In this document: positions 30,578 to 40,089 of the stretch, in pieces
How the letters are laid out: every line of letters begins with the position of its first letter
How positions within the stretch are numbered: position 1 is the first letter of the stretch
DNA from: an uncultured Collinsella sp.
GTDB lineage: Bacteria > Actinomycetota > Coriobacteriia > Coriobacteriales > Coriobacteriaceae
DNA length: 64,000 bases
Reading direction: 5' to 3'
Assembly (NCBI GenBank): GCA_905209765.1
Contig: CAJLUE010000004.1
Location: 985 to 64,984 of the forward strand
Program-made: the position numbers and the translations under genes
Notes under the pieces: generated by a model
Seen by the model: the letters and a program-made list of their open reading frames with translations, nothing else
The model's database searches: none
What the model was told of the DNA's origin: nothing

Positions 30578-32446
30578 ATGTGCGGTTTTGTCGGTTTTAC
30601 CGGTACAGATGAACAGAGTGAGCTGGTTCTCACGGCCATGATGAATCGCATCATCCACCGTGGTCCCGATATGGGCGGCCAGCATATCGTCGACAACGTT
30701 GCCCTCGGCTTCCGTCGTCTTTCGATTCTTGATCTTTCCGAAGCTGGAGCTCAGCCCATGTCGAGCGACGACGGCAAGGTCACGATTGTCTTCAACGGAG
30801 AGATCTACAACTTCCAGGAGCTTCGCGCCGAGCTGGAGGCAGCCGGCTACGCCTTCCACTGCAACGCCGATACCGAGGTCCTGGTACACGGTTACGAGGA
30901 GTGGGGCGAGGACCTGGTCAACCGCCTACGCGGCATGTACGCGTTCGTGATTCACGACCAGAACAAGAACAAACTCTTCGGCGCTCGCGACATCTTTGGT
31001 ATCAAGCCGTTTTATTACTACCAGGCATCCGATGGCTCACTGCTGTTTGGCTCCGAGATCAAGAGCTTCCTGGACCATCCCAAGTTTGAGAAGGCTGTCA
31101 ACCACGACGCGCTACGCCCCTACTTGACGCTGCAATTCCCCGCCACGGAGGAGACCTTCTTTAAGGGCGTGTTCAAGCTTGCCCCGGCGCATTGCTTTAC
31201 GTATGACCTGACAACCAACACCATGGACATCAAGCGTTACTGGAGCTGTGACTTCACCGACGACAACTCCAAGACCTTCGAGGAGTACGTGGACGAGTGC
31301 GACAAGGTTGTGCACGAAAGCGTCGCTGCACACCGAATCGCCGATGTCAAGGTGGGCTCGTTCCTTTCTGGCGGCGTGGACTCCAGCTACATCGCCGCCT
31401 GTCTCATGCCCGACACCACGTATTCTGTCGGCTTCGATTACAAGAACTTCAACGAGACCAACTACGCTGCCGAGCTTTCCGACAAGCTGGGCATCAAGAA
31501 TGTGCGCAAGATGATTACCGCCGACGAGTTCTTCGATGCGCTGCCCGATATCCAGTATCACATGGACGAACCGCAATCGAACCTGTCCAGCGTGCCGTTG
31601 TACTATCTGGCGCAGATGGCTTCCGAGGAGGTCACCGTCGTCCTTTCGGGCGAGGGTGCCGACGAGCTGTTTGCCGGCTATGAGTGGTACGAGGACACCC
31701 CCGAGATGCGCTCCTTTAAGAAGCGCGTGCCGCTCGGCGTACGTCGCGCCCTGGGCTCGCTCGTTCAGCATCTCCCCTACTTTAAGGGCCACAACTTCCT
31801 GACGAAATGCGCCGAGGTTCCCGAGCGTTGGTATGTGGGTCAGGCAAAGGTGTTCGATCCCTCCGAGGTCGACGAGGTGCTCAAGCCCGCTTATGACACC
31901 GGCAAGAACGCCGCCGAGATGTGCGCCGAGTACTACAAGCAGGTTCCCAACTGCTGCGAGCTTTCCAAGAAACAGTATCTGGATATGAACATGTGGCTGC
32001 CGGGCGACATCCTGCTCAAGGCAGACAAGATGTGCATGGCGCATTCTCTGGAGCTTCGCGTCCCGTTCCTGGACAAGAAGGTCATGGAGTTTGCCGAGCA
32101 CATTCCCGCCAACTACCGTGTTAACGAAGAAGGCTGCAAGCTCGTTCTGCGTCACGCCGCCAACCGCACGCTGCCCGACGAGTGGGCAACGCGCAAGAAG
32201 GTGGGCTTCCCCGTACCGGTCAAGTTCTGGCTGCGCGAGCAAAAGTACTACGACTACGTAAAGGAATACTTCACCGCACCGTGGGCTGCCGATTTCTTTG
32301 ACACCGATGCGCTCATGAAACTGCTTGACGATCACTTTGAGGGTCGCGCGCTCAACCAGCGCAAGATCTATACCACGCTGACGTTCCTCATCTGGTACAA
32401 GCGCTTCTTTATCGATGAGGACAAGGGCGCCGAAGTCGCCGCGTAA
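30578..32446 (+). CDS. asnB: Asparagine synthase (glutamine-hydrolysing) family amidotransferase
   Basis: MCGF N-terminal nucleophile, HRGPD, FNGEIYN, RD.FGIKP, FLSGGVDSS, LSGEGADE, SLELRVPFLD. Confidence 0.93.
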   Translation: MCGFVGFTGTDEQSELVLTAMMNRIIHRGPDMGGQHIVDNVALGFRRLSILDLSEAGAQPMSSDDGKVTIVFNGEIYNFQELRAELEAAGYAFHCNADTEVLVHGYEEWGEDLVNRLRGMYAFVIHDQNKNKLFGARDIFGIKPFYYYQASDGSLLFGSEIKSFLDHPKFEKAVNHDALRPYLTLQFPATEETFFKGVFKLAPAHCFTYDLTTNTMDIKRYWSCDFTDDNSKTFEEYVDECDKVVHESVAAHRIADVKVGSFLSGGVDSSYIAACLMPDTTYSVGFDYKNFNETNYAAELSDKLGIKNVRKMITADEFFDALPDIQYHMDEPQSNLSSVPLYYLAQMASEEVTVVLSGEGADELFAGYEWYEDTPEMRSFKKRVPLGVRRALGSLVQHLPYFKGHNFLTKCAEVPERWYVGQAKVFDPSEVDEVLKPAYDTGKNAAEMCAEYYKQVPNCCELSKKQYLDMNMWLPGDILLKADKMCMAHSLELRVPFLDKKVMEFAEHIPANYRVNEEGCKLVLRHAANRTLPDEWATRKKVGFPVPVKFWLREQKYYDYVKEYFTAPWAADFFDTDALMKLLDDHFEGRALNQRKIYTTLTFLIWYKRFFIDEDKGAEVAA

Positions 32447-32503
32447 GTTTCGTTATGAATTAGCGGTGAACAGCACGGGGTTTCCGCTATACTCAATCCC
32501 TGC

Positions 32504-32579
32504 GGGCGATTGGCGCAACGGTTAGCGCAGGTGCTTTACACGCACAAGGCTGGGGGTTCGAATCCCTCATCGCCCACCA
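32504..32579 (+). tRNA. tRNA-Val (TAC)
   Basis: GGGCGATTGGCGCAACGGTTAGCGCAGGTGCTTTACACGCACAAGGCTGGGGGTTCGAATCCCTCATCGCCCACCA forms a cloverleaf. Confidence 0.96.
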
Positions 32580-32836
32580 CTTGATTGAAAAGGCTCCCAG
32601 CGATGGGGGCCTTTCCTTTTTGGGCCCATCGCAGAGGGATTCGAACCCGCAAGGGTGCGGAGCTGAGGAAACGCGAAGCGTTTTCCAGCGCAGCACGCGA
32701 GGAGCGAAGCGACGAAGCGGGGCGCGGGCGGCGCCAGCCGCACGCGGACACCCCTCATCGCCCACCACTTGATTGAAAAGGCTCCCAGCGATGGGGCCTT
32801 TCTTTTTTGTGCCCAGCGCATGGGATTCGAACCCGC
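32564..32836 (+). repeat. Direct repeat of the tRNA-Val 3' end plus trailer (32564-32650 and 32752-32836)
   Basis: First 45 bp identical; period 188 bp; each copy has a terminator-like hairpin. Confidence 0.9.
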
Positions 32837-32859
32837 CAGCACGTCTGCCACAAAGGCCG

Positions 32860-33076
32860 TGGCCAAAAAATGGCAAAAATGAGTACTGCTACTTTGTTTG
32901 CAACATATAATAAGATAGTATTTGCCTAAGTTACGCAACATGTGTCCATTATAAGGACTAACAGTTGGATTAAAATCGTGTATTCATCGCCATTTCGTCT
33001 TGCTATCTAGCCTTATTAGTCCAAAATTGCTGCTACCAAATCGGTAACAGTACTCATATTTGATGTTTTTTGACCA
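32860..33076. mobile_element. Putative AT-rich MITE-like element with 33-bp imperfect terminal inverted repeats
   Basis: 32860-32892 vs reverse complement of 33044-33076: 27/33 identical; low-GC, non-coding interior. Confidence 0.5.
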
Positions 33077-33193
33077 GCAGGTCTCCCCCGCCTTAGCAAA
33101 TCTAAGACAAAACGGGGTCCAGACCGCTGAATCGTGCCGCATAGGGCACGTCCGCAGTCCGGAACCCGGTCCAAATTGAGCTATTGCGTTGTG

Positions 33194-34477
33194 TTAGGCC
33201 AAAACGTCCGACAAAATCTCGATCAGGCTGTCCACGTCGGCTTCCTCGCAGACAAGCGGCGGCAGGAAACGCAGTGTATGAGCTCCGGTCGCGTTAATCA
33301 CGGCACCGGCCTCCAGCGCCCGGGCAACAATGTCATGCGCATCGCCCGCAGCGTCATCCAGATCGCAGCCGAGCATCAGGCCACGTCCACGCACCTCGGT
33401 AACGTGCGGCAGCTTGGCGAGCTCTGCCTCCATATAGGCGCCAACCTTGGCGGCATGCTCGGCATAATCGCCGCGCACAAGCGCGGAGAGTGTCGCGGCA
33501 CATGCCGCGATGGCCAAGCAGCTACCGCCGAAGGTCGAACCATGATCGCCGGGCTTAAACACGTCGGCGATCTCCTTCTTTGCCACCACGGAGCCCATGG
33601 GGACGCCGTCGGCGATGCCCTTGGCAAGACTCATGATGTCAGGCTCCACGCCATAGGTCTGGAATGCAAACGGCTTGCCGGAGCGGAAGATGCCACACTG
33701 GACCTCGTCGGCGATAAGAACGGCACCCACCTCGTGTGCCAAGTCGCGCGCTGCCGCCATAAACTCCTCGGTCATGGGGTGCACACCGCTCTCGCCCTGA
33801 ATCGGCTCGAGCATGACGGCGCAGACCTCGCTTCCCAGCTGCTTAAAGATCGAGCGAAGTTCGTCGACATCGTTGGGCGTGCAGGCCACAAAGCCACCCG
33901 GCAGCGGGCGGAAGCTATCCTGCAGCCAATCCTGCATGGTAGCGGCAATGGTCTCGAGCGTGCGACCATGAAAGCCGCCGCGCATGCATACGATGGTGTT
34001 ACCGCCGTTACCGGCACGCTTGGCGTACAGACGCGCGAGCTTCATCGAGCCCTCGTTAGCTTCGGCACCAGAATTGGCAAAGAACGTCTCCCATACCTGC
34101 TCGCCCGCAGCCGGGGCACCGAGTGCAGCGGCCGCGGTCTCATCGCCGGCGGCAATGGCATCGGCCAGCACACACGCACCATCTACGTCGTCGTTGGCAA
34201 GCTTGGACAGCAACGCTGCGACCTGTCCGCGCTGCTCGATGTAGAAGTAGTTAGACACATGCAGAAGCTTTTTGGTCTGCGCCTCGAGCGCCGAGAGCAC
34301 TGCAGCGTTGCCGTGGCCAAGGCTGCACACACCGATACCAGCGAGAAAGTCAAGATACTCACGGCCGTCATCGCCGATGAGCTTCATGCCGTGGCCTTCG
34401 ACAAACTCTACCGGAGAGCGACCAAAGGTATGCATAACGTAATGGGATTCGAGCGATTGTTGAGTTGCAAGTGACAT
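33194..34477 (-). CDS. argD: Acetylornithine aminotransferase
   Basis: YLDFLAGIGV, NSGAEANE, FHGRT, EPIQGESG, DEVQCG, SLAKG, HGSTFGG; in the arg operon. Confidence 0.95.
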   Translation of the reverse strand: MSLATQQSLESHYVMHTFGRSPVEFVEGHGMKLIGDDGREYLDFLAGIGVCSLGHGNAAVLSALEAQTKKLLHVSNYFYIEQRGQVAALLSKLANDDVDGACVLADAIAAGDETAAAALGAPAAGEQVWETFFANSGAEANEGSMKLARLYAKRAGNGGNTIVCMRGGFHGRTLETIAATMQDWLQDSFRPLPGGFVACTPNDVDELRSIFKQLGSEVCAVMLEPIQGESGVHPMTEEFMAAARDLAHEVGAVLIADEVQCGIFRSGKPFAFQTYGVEPDIMSLAKGIADGVPMGSVVAKKEIADVFKPGDHGSTFGGSCLAIAACAATLSALVRGDYAEHAAKVGAYMEAELAKLPHVTEVRGRGLMLGCDLDDAAGDAHDIVARALEAGAVINATGAHTLRFLPPLVCEEADVDSLIEILSDVLA

Positions 34478-34546
34478 GGGATGCCTTTCGTTGGGCGCCG
34501 TACGGCGCAGGGCTATGGGTGCAGGGACGCGACGACCGCGGGTCGG

Positions 34547-35527
34547 CTAGACCGTCTGGAGCTTCTCGACCTCGTCGAGGTTCTCGGTCAGGCGCGCCGC
34601 AAACGTCGAAAGCGGGTGCGGATGCGTATCGAACTCGTAAGCCGTCTCGGTGGAGTGGATCACGGTGCCGACGCCGGCATCGGTCAGCAGCTCCAGGAGC
34701 AGCGAATGCGGCGTGGTGCCGTTGATGATGTGCGCGCGGAACACACCGGCGGCAAGCGCATCGACAGCGGCGCGTAGCTTGGGAATCATGCCCTTGTCGA
34801 CTTCGCCGCCGTAGAGCATCTCATTGACCTCATCGAGCGTCAGGTTGGAGATAAGCGAATCCTTGTCGCTAAAGTCCTTGTACAGACCATCGACATCGGT
34901 CAAAAAAATCGCCTTGTGCGCATGAAGCGCCGCTGCAACGGCGCCGGCGGCGGTATCGGCGTTGATGTTGAAGAAGCCACCGTCCTCCCCCGCCGCGACC
35001 GTGGCGATAACGGGAATGTACTCGCTGTCGAGCAAACGCTCGATATAGTCGGTGTTGACGTGCGTGACCTTGCCTACGCGGCCGAGCTCTGGGTCGAGTG
35101 GCTCGGCGATAAGGGTACCGGCGTCGCTACCGGACACGCCCACGGCCAGGTTGCCGTGGTGGTTGAGCGCCGCGACCAGCTCCTGATTGACCTTGCCGCC
35201 CAGCACCTCGCGCACGATATCCATGGTGGCAGGCGTAGTCACGCGCTGGCCGTTTTTAAACTCGACGGGGATGTCGTAGTGGCTGAGTGCCTCGTTGATG
35301 GCCTTGCCGCCACCGTGCACGATAACAGGGCGCATGCCGATAATCTTGAGCAGGACGATGTCGCTCATCACGTCGCGGCGCAGTTGCTCGTCGACCATGG
35401 CGGCACCGCCGTACTTGATAACGACCGTCTTACCGGTCAGGTTCTTAATCCACGGCAGCGCCTCGAACAGCAGCTGCGCGGTAACTTCGTTGGATTCGCT
35501 CGAACGACAATCGCGTGCGAATTTCAT
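34547..35527 (-). CDS. argB: Acetylglutamate kinase
   Basis: VIKYGGAAM, VHGGG, G.RVT, NINAD, LTDVDG, GMIPK. Confidence 0.96.
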   Translation of the reverse strand: MKFARDCRSSESNEVTAQLLFEALPWIKNLTGKTVVIKYGGAAMVDEQLRRDVMSDIVLLKIIGMRPVIVHGGGKAINEALSHYDIPVEFKNGQRVTTPATMDIVREVLGGKVNQELVAALNHHGNLAVGVSGSDAGTLIAEPLDPELGRVGKVTHVNTDYIERLLDSEYIPVIATVAAGEDGGFFNINADTAAGAVAAALHAHKAIFLTDVDGLYKDFSDKDSLISNLTLDEVNEMLYGGEVDKGMIPKLRAAVDALAAGVFRAHIINGTTPHSLLLELLTDAGVGTVIHSTETAYEFDTHPHPLSTFAARLTENLDEVEKLQTV

Positions 35528-35608
35528 AGTCTGCCTCGTCTTTCGTGTAGCTATCGCGCCGTACCTCGTTGCCCGCGATTGCAGCGGGACGCACGGCACA
35601 TCGGGAGT

Positions 35609-36874
35609 CTAGGAACGATAGTCGCCGTTAATGGAGATGTACTCGTGCGTGAGGTCGCAAGTCCACACGGTGGTCGCCGCGTCCCCTGCGCCCAGGTCTG
35701 CCGAAATCACAATCTCGGGCGCCTCAAAGCGACGCAGCGCCTCGTCCTCGTCAAAGGGAACGGTCAGGCCGTCGCGGCAGACGGGCATGCCCATCATGTC
35801 GATGGACACATCTTCCTGGCTAAACTGCACGCCGCACTTGCCGAGCGCCATGGCAACGCGGCCCCAGTTGCAGTCGTGGCCGGCGATGCAGGTCTTGACG
35901 AGCGGCGAGTTGGCGACGGCACGGGCGGCGATATCGGCCTCCTCGTCGTTCGCGGCACCGGTGACGTTAACCGTCACGAGCTTGGATGCGCCCTCGCCAT
36001 CTGCGGCGATGTTGCGCGCCAGGCTCTCGCACACCTCGTGCACGGCAAAGGCCAGCTCGTCGAAGGCGTCAGAGCCCTCGACAATGGGCTCGGCATCCGC
36101 GGCAGCGCCGGAGGCAAGCATGATGCAGGTGTCGTTGGTCGAGGTGTCGGAGTCGACCGTTACCTTGTTGAAGGTCTGCTTGACGGTGGAGAGCAACAGG
36201 GCGTGGAGCGCTGCCGGCTCGACGGGGGCATCGGTAGTGATGACCGCGATCATGGTGGCCATGTTGGGCATGATCATACCCGAGCCCTTGCACATACCGC
36301 CCACCGTATAGGCATTGCCTGCGTGCCCCGCGGCCTCGCTGCGGTAACACACGGCATACTCCTTGGAGTGTGTGTCGGTCGTCATGATAGCGCGGGCGGC
36401 ATCGGCGCCACCGTGTGCGGAGAGCACCTCATAAGCTGCCGGAATCGCCGTCTCAAACGTGTCGATCGGCAGAATCTGACCAATTACGCCCGTGGAGGCG
36501 ACCAGAATCTGCTGGGGCTCGCAGCCGATGACCTGCGAGGCGATGTTGCAGGTCTCGCGCGCGCAGGCAAGACCGGTCTCACCCGTGGCGGCGTTGGCAT
36601 TGCCAGAGTTGACCGAAACGCCGGCAATGATGCCGTAGCCCTTGTCGGCGCCGCCCAGGTTGGCACGGCTCACCTGCACGGGCGCCGCACAAAAGCGGTT
36701 AGTCGTAAACACGCCGGCCCCGGGACAGGGTTTATCGGGCACGACGAGCGCGTAATCCAGGCGCTCGGGATTCTTGCGGAATCCGGCATGGATGCCCGCC
36801 GCCTTAAAGCCGGCCGCCGCCGTTACGCCGCCCTCTACGGCACGAATCTTGATATCGAACTGCTCTGTATTCAT
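35609..36874 (-). CDS. argJ: Ornithine acetyltransferase / N-acetylglutamate synthase ArgJ
   Basis: NSGNANAATG, STGVIG, IMTTDT, KGSGMI.PNMATM, DTSTND, DGEGA, CDLT..Y..IN.DYRS. Confidence 0.97.
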   Translation of the reverse strand: MNTEQFDIKIRAVEGGVTAAAGFKAAGIHAGFRKNPERLDYALVVPDKPCPGAGVFTTNRFCAAPVQVSRANLGGADKGYGIIAGVSVNSGNANAATGETGLACARETCNIASQVIGCEPQQILVASTGVIGQILPIDTFETAIPAAYEVLSAHGGADAARAIMTTDTHSKEYAVCYRSEAAGHAGNAYTVGGMCKGSGMIMPNMATMIAVITTDAPVEPAALHALLLSTVKQTFNKVTVDSDTSTNDTCIMLASGAAADAEPIVEGSDAFDELAFAVHEVCESLARNIAADGEGASKLVTVNVTGAANDEEADIAARAVANSPLVKTCIAGHDCNWGRVAMALGKCGVQFSQEDVSIDMMGMPVCRDGLTVPFDEDEALRRFEAPEIVISADLGAGDAATTVWTCDLTHEYISINGDYRS

Positions 36875-37009
36875 CGTCCCTACGACTCCTTATATCAAAT
36901 AAAAAAGCGGGCATCGGTTGGTGCGCCATGCCAGCCACAATCATGAGACCAGCTTAAGAGTGGCGCCCCACTCGATGCCCGACTACCAAATCGCTAACAA
37001 TCGAATGTG

Positions 37010-38080
37010 CTACACCGGGCACGCCACTGTGGGCAAGCCTCGTCGCTCGTCAAAACCAAAGACGATGTTGGCGCACTGGACCGCCTGGCCCGCTGCACCC
37101 TTGCACAGATTGTCGATGGCGCCCGTAGCCACCAGAACGCCCGCGCGCTTGTTGAGCGCGAGGCCGATCTGGGCGGCGTTGGTGCCGACGACCGAAGCCG
37201 TCTTGGGCTGCTGGCCGGCATCGAGTACGCGCACGAAGGTGCGACCGGCGTAGAACTGCTTGTAATGGTCGACAACGTCCTCAAGGGTCAAGGTATCGAT
37301 AGCCTGCGGCGTAAGCGGCATCGTCACCGTAGAGAGCAGACCGCGCTTGAGCGGTGCCAGGTGCGGGGTAAAGACGACGCGATCGGTTAGGCCCAAGATC
37401 TGCTCGATTTCGGGCGTGTGACGATGCTTGCCCACGCCATAGGCCTCCAGGTTCTCGTCCGCGCTGCAAAAATGCGTACGGGCGTTGCAGGACTTACCGG
37501 CACCCGTTACACCGCTGATAACGTCAACGATCACGGGGCCGCTCTGGGCAACCCAGCCGGCGCGCACGGCAGGCGCGGCGGCAAGGCTCGTTGCGGTGGG
37601 ATAGCAACCGGCGCAGGCGACCAGTACGGGCTTGCCGTCGGCGTGGTCGGATGCAGCGGCCTCCAAATCCCGGCAGAACAGCTCGGGCAAACCAAAGGCG
37701 CGGCTCTTGAGTAGCTCGGGGCTCGTGTGCTCGGCGGCATACCAGACCTCAAAGGTGGCCGGATCGCTCAGGCGATAGTCGGCCGAGAGGTCAATGCAGG
37801 AGACTCCCGCGGCAAGCAGGGCGGGCACCTGTGCCATGGCAGCCGTGTGCGGCACGGCCAAAAAGACCGCATCGCAGTTCCTGAGCTCGGGGGCGTCATG
37901 CGTCGTGAAGACAAGATCGCTTACGCCAGCGAAGCTCGGGTACACCGCAGACAACGGCTGGCCGGCATCGGCGTTGGACGTAATGGCAGCAAGTTCAAAC
38001 TCGGGATGACCGAGGACGAGGCGAATGAGCTCGGCGCCGGCATATCCAGCCGCACCGACGATTCCAACCTTTAAAGACAT
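37010..38080 (-). CDS. argC: N-acetyl-gamma-glutamyl-phosphate reductase
   Basis: GAAGYAG, DLSADYRL, GCYPT, SGVTGAG, HRHTPEI, DNLCKGAAGQAVQ. Confidence 0.97.
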   Translation of the reverse strand: MSLKVGIVGAAGYAGAELIRLVLGHPEFELAAITSNADAGQPLSAVYPSFAGVSDLVFTTHDAPELRNCDAVFLAVPHTAAMAQVPALLAAGVSCIDLSADYRLSDPATFEVWYAAEHTSPELLKSRAFGLPELFCRDLEAAASDHADGKPVLVACAGCYPTATSLAAAPAVRAGWVAQSGPVIVDVISGVTGAGKSCNARTHFCSADENLEAYGVGKHRHTPEIEQILGLTDRVVFTPHLAPLKRGLLSTVTMPLTPQAIDTLTLEDVVDHYKQFYAGRTFVRVLDAGQQPKTASVVGTNAAQIGLALNKRAGVLVATGAIDNLCKGAAGQAVQCANIVFGFDERRGLPTVACPV

Positions 38081-38164
38081 ATCTAACTCCTTGTCTGCAG
38101 TTTATGCACCAATGCGCATTCCGCAGCCGTCGTTATGAAGTGGGTTGAAACTTTAGCACCAAAA

Positions 38165-38203
38165 GATGCATATCTACGCAAATCTTTTGCATATTCATGC
38201 ATT
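38165..38203. promoter_or_regulatory. Tandem ARG boxes (ArgR operators)
   Basis: TGCATATCTACGCA (38167) and TGCATATTCATGCA (38188), 21 bp apart, upstream of argC. Confidence 0.75.
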
Positions 38204-38346
38204 GAAACAGTCCCGACACATTCACTCGAAGGAATTGACAAATAAATGCGGGCCCCATATTGCCCAGTGCGCCTTACGGTGACGTTGCAATGTGGGGCCC
38301 GCTACATGCGAGAATTTGAATTGTCGAAGCTTGCTGAGAGACTCGT

Positions 38347-38757
38347 TTAGAGCTCGATCGGCACCCATTCGTCATGGTTGCAGATAAAGGCCTCGGGTTC
38401 CTCCACGCTAAAGAAGACGAGTGTGGGATCGCCTGCGCCCTCGTAGTGCTCGCCTAGGCGCTCCAGGTGCTTCCAGCCTGCCTCGCGCATATCGGAAGCG
38501 GCCTGGTCATCCAGACCCGCACGCCCGCGCAAGATGAGCCAGCCATGGCCCGGCCACCAACTCGTGGCCTCAAAGCGTTGATTTTGCAGCAGCTCTTGCC
38601 ACACGTCTTTGGTGCGCGCCGTTACAAACCACAGCTTGCCGTCCTGGATCTGCGCAAACGAAAACGGACGCACATGCGGCTGTCCGTCAACGCTCGTCGC
38701 CAAATACCATGCCGGCACCGACGTCAGATACTCCAACACCGTATTCAATCCGTCCAT
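38347..38757 (-). CDS. Pyridoxamine 5'-phosphate oxidase-like (FMN-binding split barrel) protein
   Basis: WYLATSVDGQPHVRPFSF...KLWFVT...KDVWQEL..N. Confidence 0.82.
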   Translation of the reverse strand: MDGLNTVLEYLTSVPAWYLATSVDGQPHVRPFSFAQIQDGKLWFVTARTKDVWQELLQNQRFEATSWWPGHGWLILRGRAGLDDQAASDMREAGWKHLERLGEHYEGAGDPTLVFFSVEEPEAFICNHDEWVPIEL

Positions 38758-38811
38758 GTGTCCTCCTGGCACTCGTCTTTTTGGGTCGGGGCTGTTTTAG
38801 CTGCCTTAGGG

Positions 38812-39258
38812 TTAGAGCTCCAGACGCTCCTCGCTGCCGTCGATATCACAGAAGCGGGCGGCGATATTGCGCACCGAGAAAAATGCAAGGCGACCGTCGT
38901 TGGCGCTCTCGTGATTCTCGCCGATGCCCACCATGTGCTTAAAGCCGGCTTGGCGCACCCGGTCGCTCACGACCGCGTCGTCCTCGAGCGCGGCCTCGCC
39001 AGTTAATACGATCCAGCACTCCCCCGGTTTCCAACCCGAAACCTCAAACTTGGGGTTCGCGCTAAGCTCGGCCCACACGTCCTTATCGCGCGAGGTGCAA
39101 AACCACAGCTTGCCATCATCGACCATGGCAAACGAGAACGGCCTCACGCGCGGCTGATGCCCGTCGGCCACATCGATCGTGGCGAGATACCACGCCGGAA
39201 TACGCCTAAGATACGAACAGGCGCGCTCGAGCTGCGCCGTGCGGTCGTTGTCGGTCAT
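38812..39258 (-). CDS. Pyridoxamine 5'-phosphate oxidase-like protein, paralog of 38347-38757
   Basis: WYLATID....QPRVRPFSF...KLWFCT...KDVWAEL..NP. Confidence 0.82.
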   Translation of the reverse strand: MTDNDRTAQLERACSYLRRIPAWYLATIDVADGHQPRVRPFSFAMVDDGKLWFCTSRDKDVWAELSANPKFEVSGWKPGECWIVLTGEAALEDDAVVSDRVRQAGFKHMVGIGENHESANDGRLAFFSVRNIAARFCDIDGSEERLEL

Positions 39259-39288
39259 AGGGACCCCTTTCCTGCGCTCGAATCGCGC

Positions 39289-40089
39289 CTAAACAAGTTG
39301 AAGATTGATGACGATGACGCAGATGAGCAGCAACGCCGTCACCACCACCGCCAACGCATCGCCGCGGCCAAATGCAAGCGCATGCAGACGCGTGCGGCCC
39401 TGCTCGCCATGATAGCAACGGGCATCCATGGCGGCAGACAGCGTTTCGGCATGACGAAACACGCCCGTGAACAGCGGAATCGCCACACTGCCGAGCATAC
39501 GCACGCCGCCGAGCGGGCCTCCCGTCACGCGCGCACCGCGGCTCGCCTGCGCATCGGCCGTCTGCTTCATCTCGGTGGCAAACTGCGGCATAAAGCGCAG
39601 CGCGATACCCATGATCATGCCGAGCTCGTGCGCAGGAAGTCCCACACGCGCAAACGGCGCGAGCAGGCGCTCAAAACCCGCGGTGAGGTCGAGCGTCGGT
39701 GTGGTGAGCGTGATAGCGCTCATACCGGCCATCATCAAGGTCAGGCGGCACGCCATAAAGGCGGCGGAATGCAGCGAGCCCTCGCTTATCTGCAAAAAGC
39801 CGAGCTGCCACAGAATGCGCCCGCTCTGGTCGGAAAACAGATTGAGCACCGCGACCACCGCGACGATCGCCAGCAGCGGCGCCATCGATGACAGGACGCG
39901 ACGAGCCGGCACCCGGGACACGGTATAGATCAGGACAACGAAGATTGCGACCGGAACCAGTCCGCGGAAGCTGCTGACCGTGAGCGTCGTGATCAGAAAC
40001 ACAAAGCCCAAGAGCAGCTTGGTTCGCGGGTCCAGGCGGTGGATTGCACTATCGCCGGGATAGTAGCTGCCAAACGAAAACGCCTCCAT
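39289..40089 (-). CDS. ecfT: ECF transporter transmembrane component T
   Basis: HRLDPRTKL, IALRFMP, AQASRG and AMDARCY motifs. Confidence 0.92.
   Translation of the reverse strand: MEAFSFGSYYPGDSAIHRLDPRTKLLLGFVFLITTLTVSSFRGLVPVAIFVVLIYTVSRVPARRVLSSMAPLLAIVAVVAVLNLFSDQSGRILWQLGFLQISEGSLHSAAFMACRLTLMMAGMSAITLTTPTLDLTAGFERLLAPFARVGLPAHELGMIMGIALRFMPQFATEMKQTADAQASRGARVTGGPLGGVRMLGSVAIPLFTGVFRHAETLSAAMDARCYHGEQGRTRLHALAFGRGDALAVVVTALLLICVIVINLQLV

Noticed and set aside
32564..32836. Intact integrative element or second tRNA at tRNA-Val
   Set aside because: Only about 100 bp separate the repeats, there is no integrase, and the second copy has only 16 nt of tRNA.
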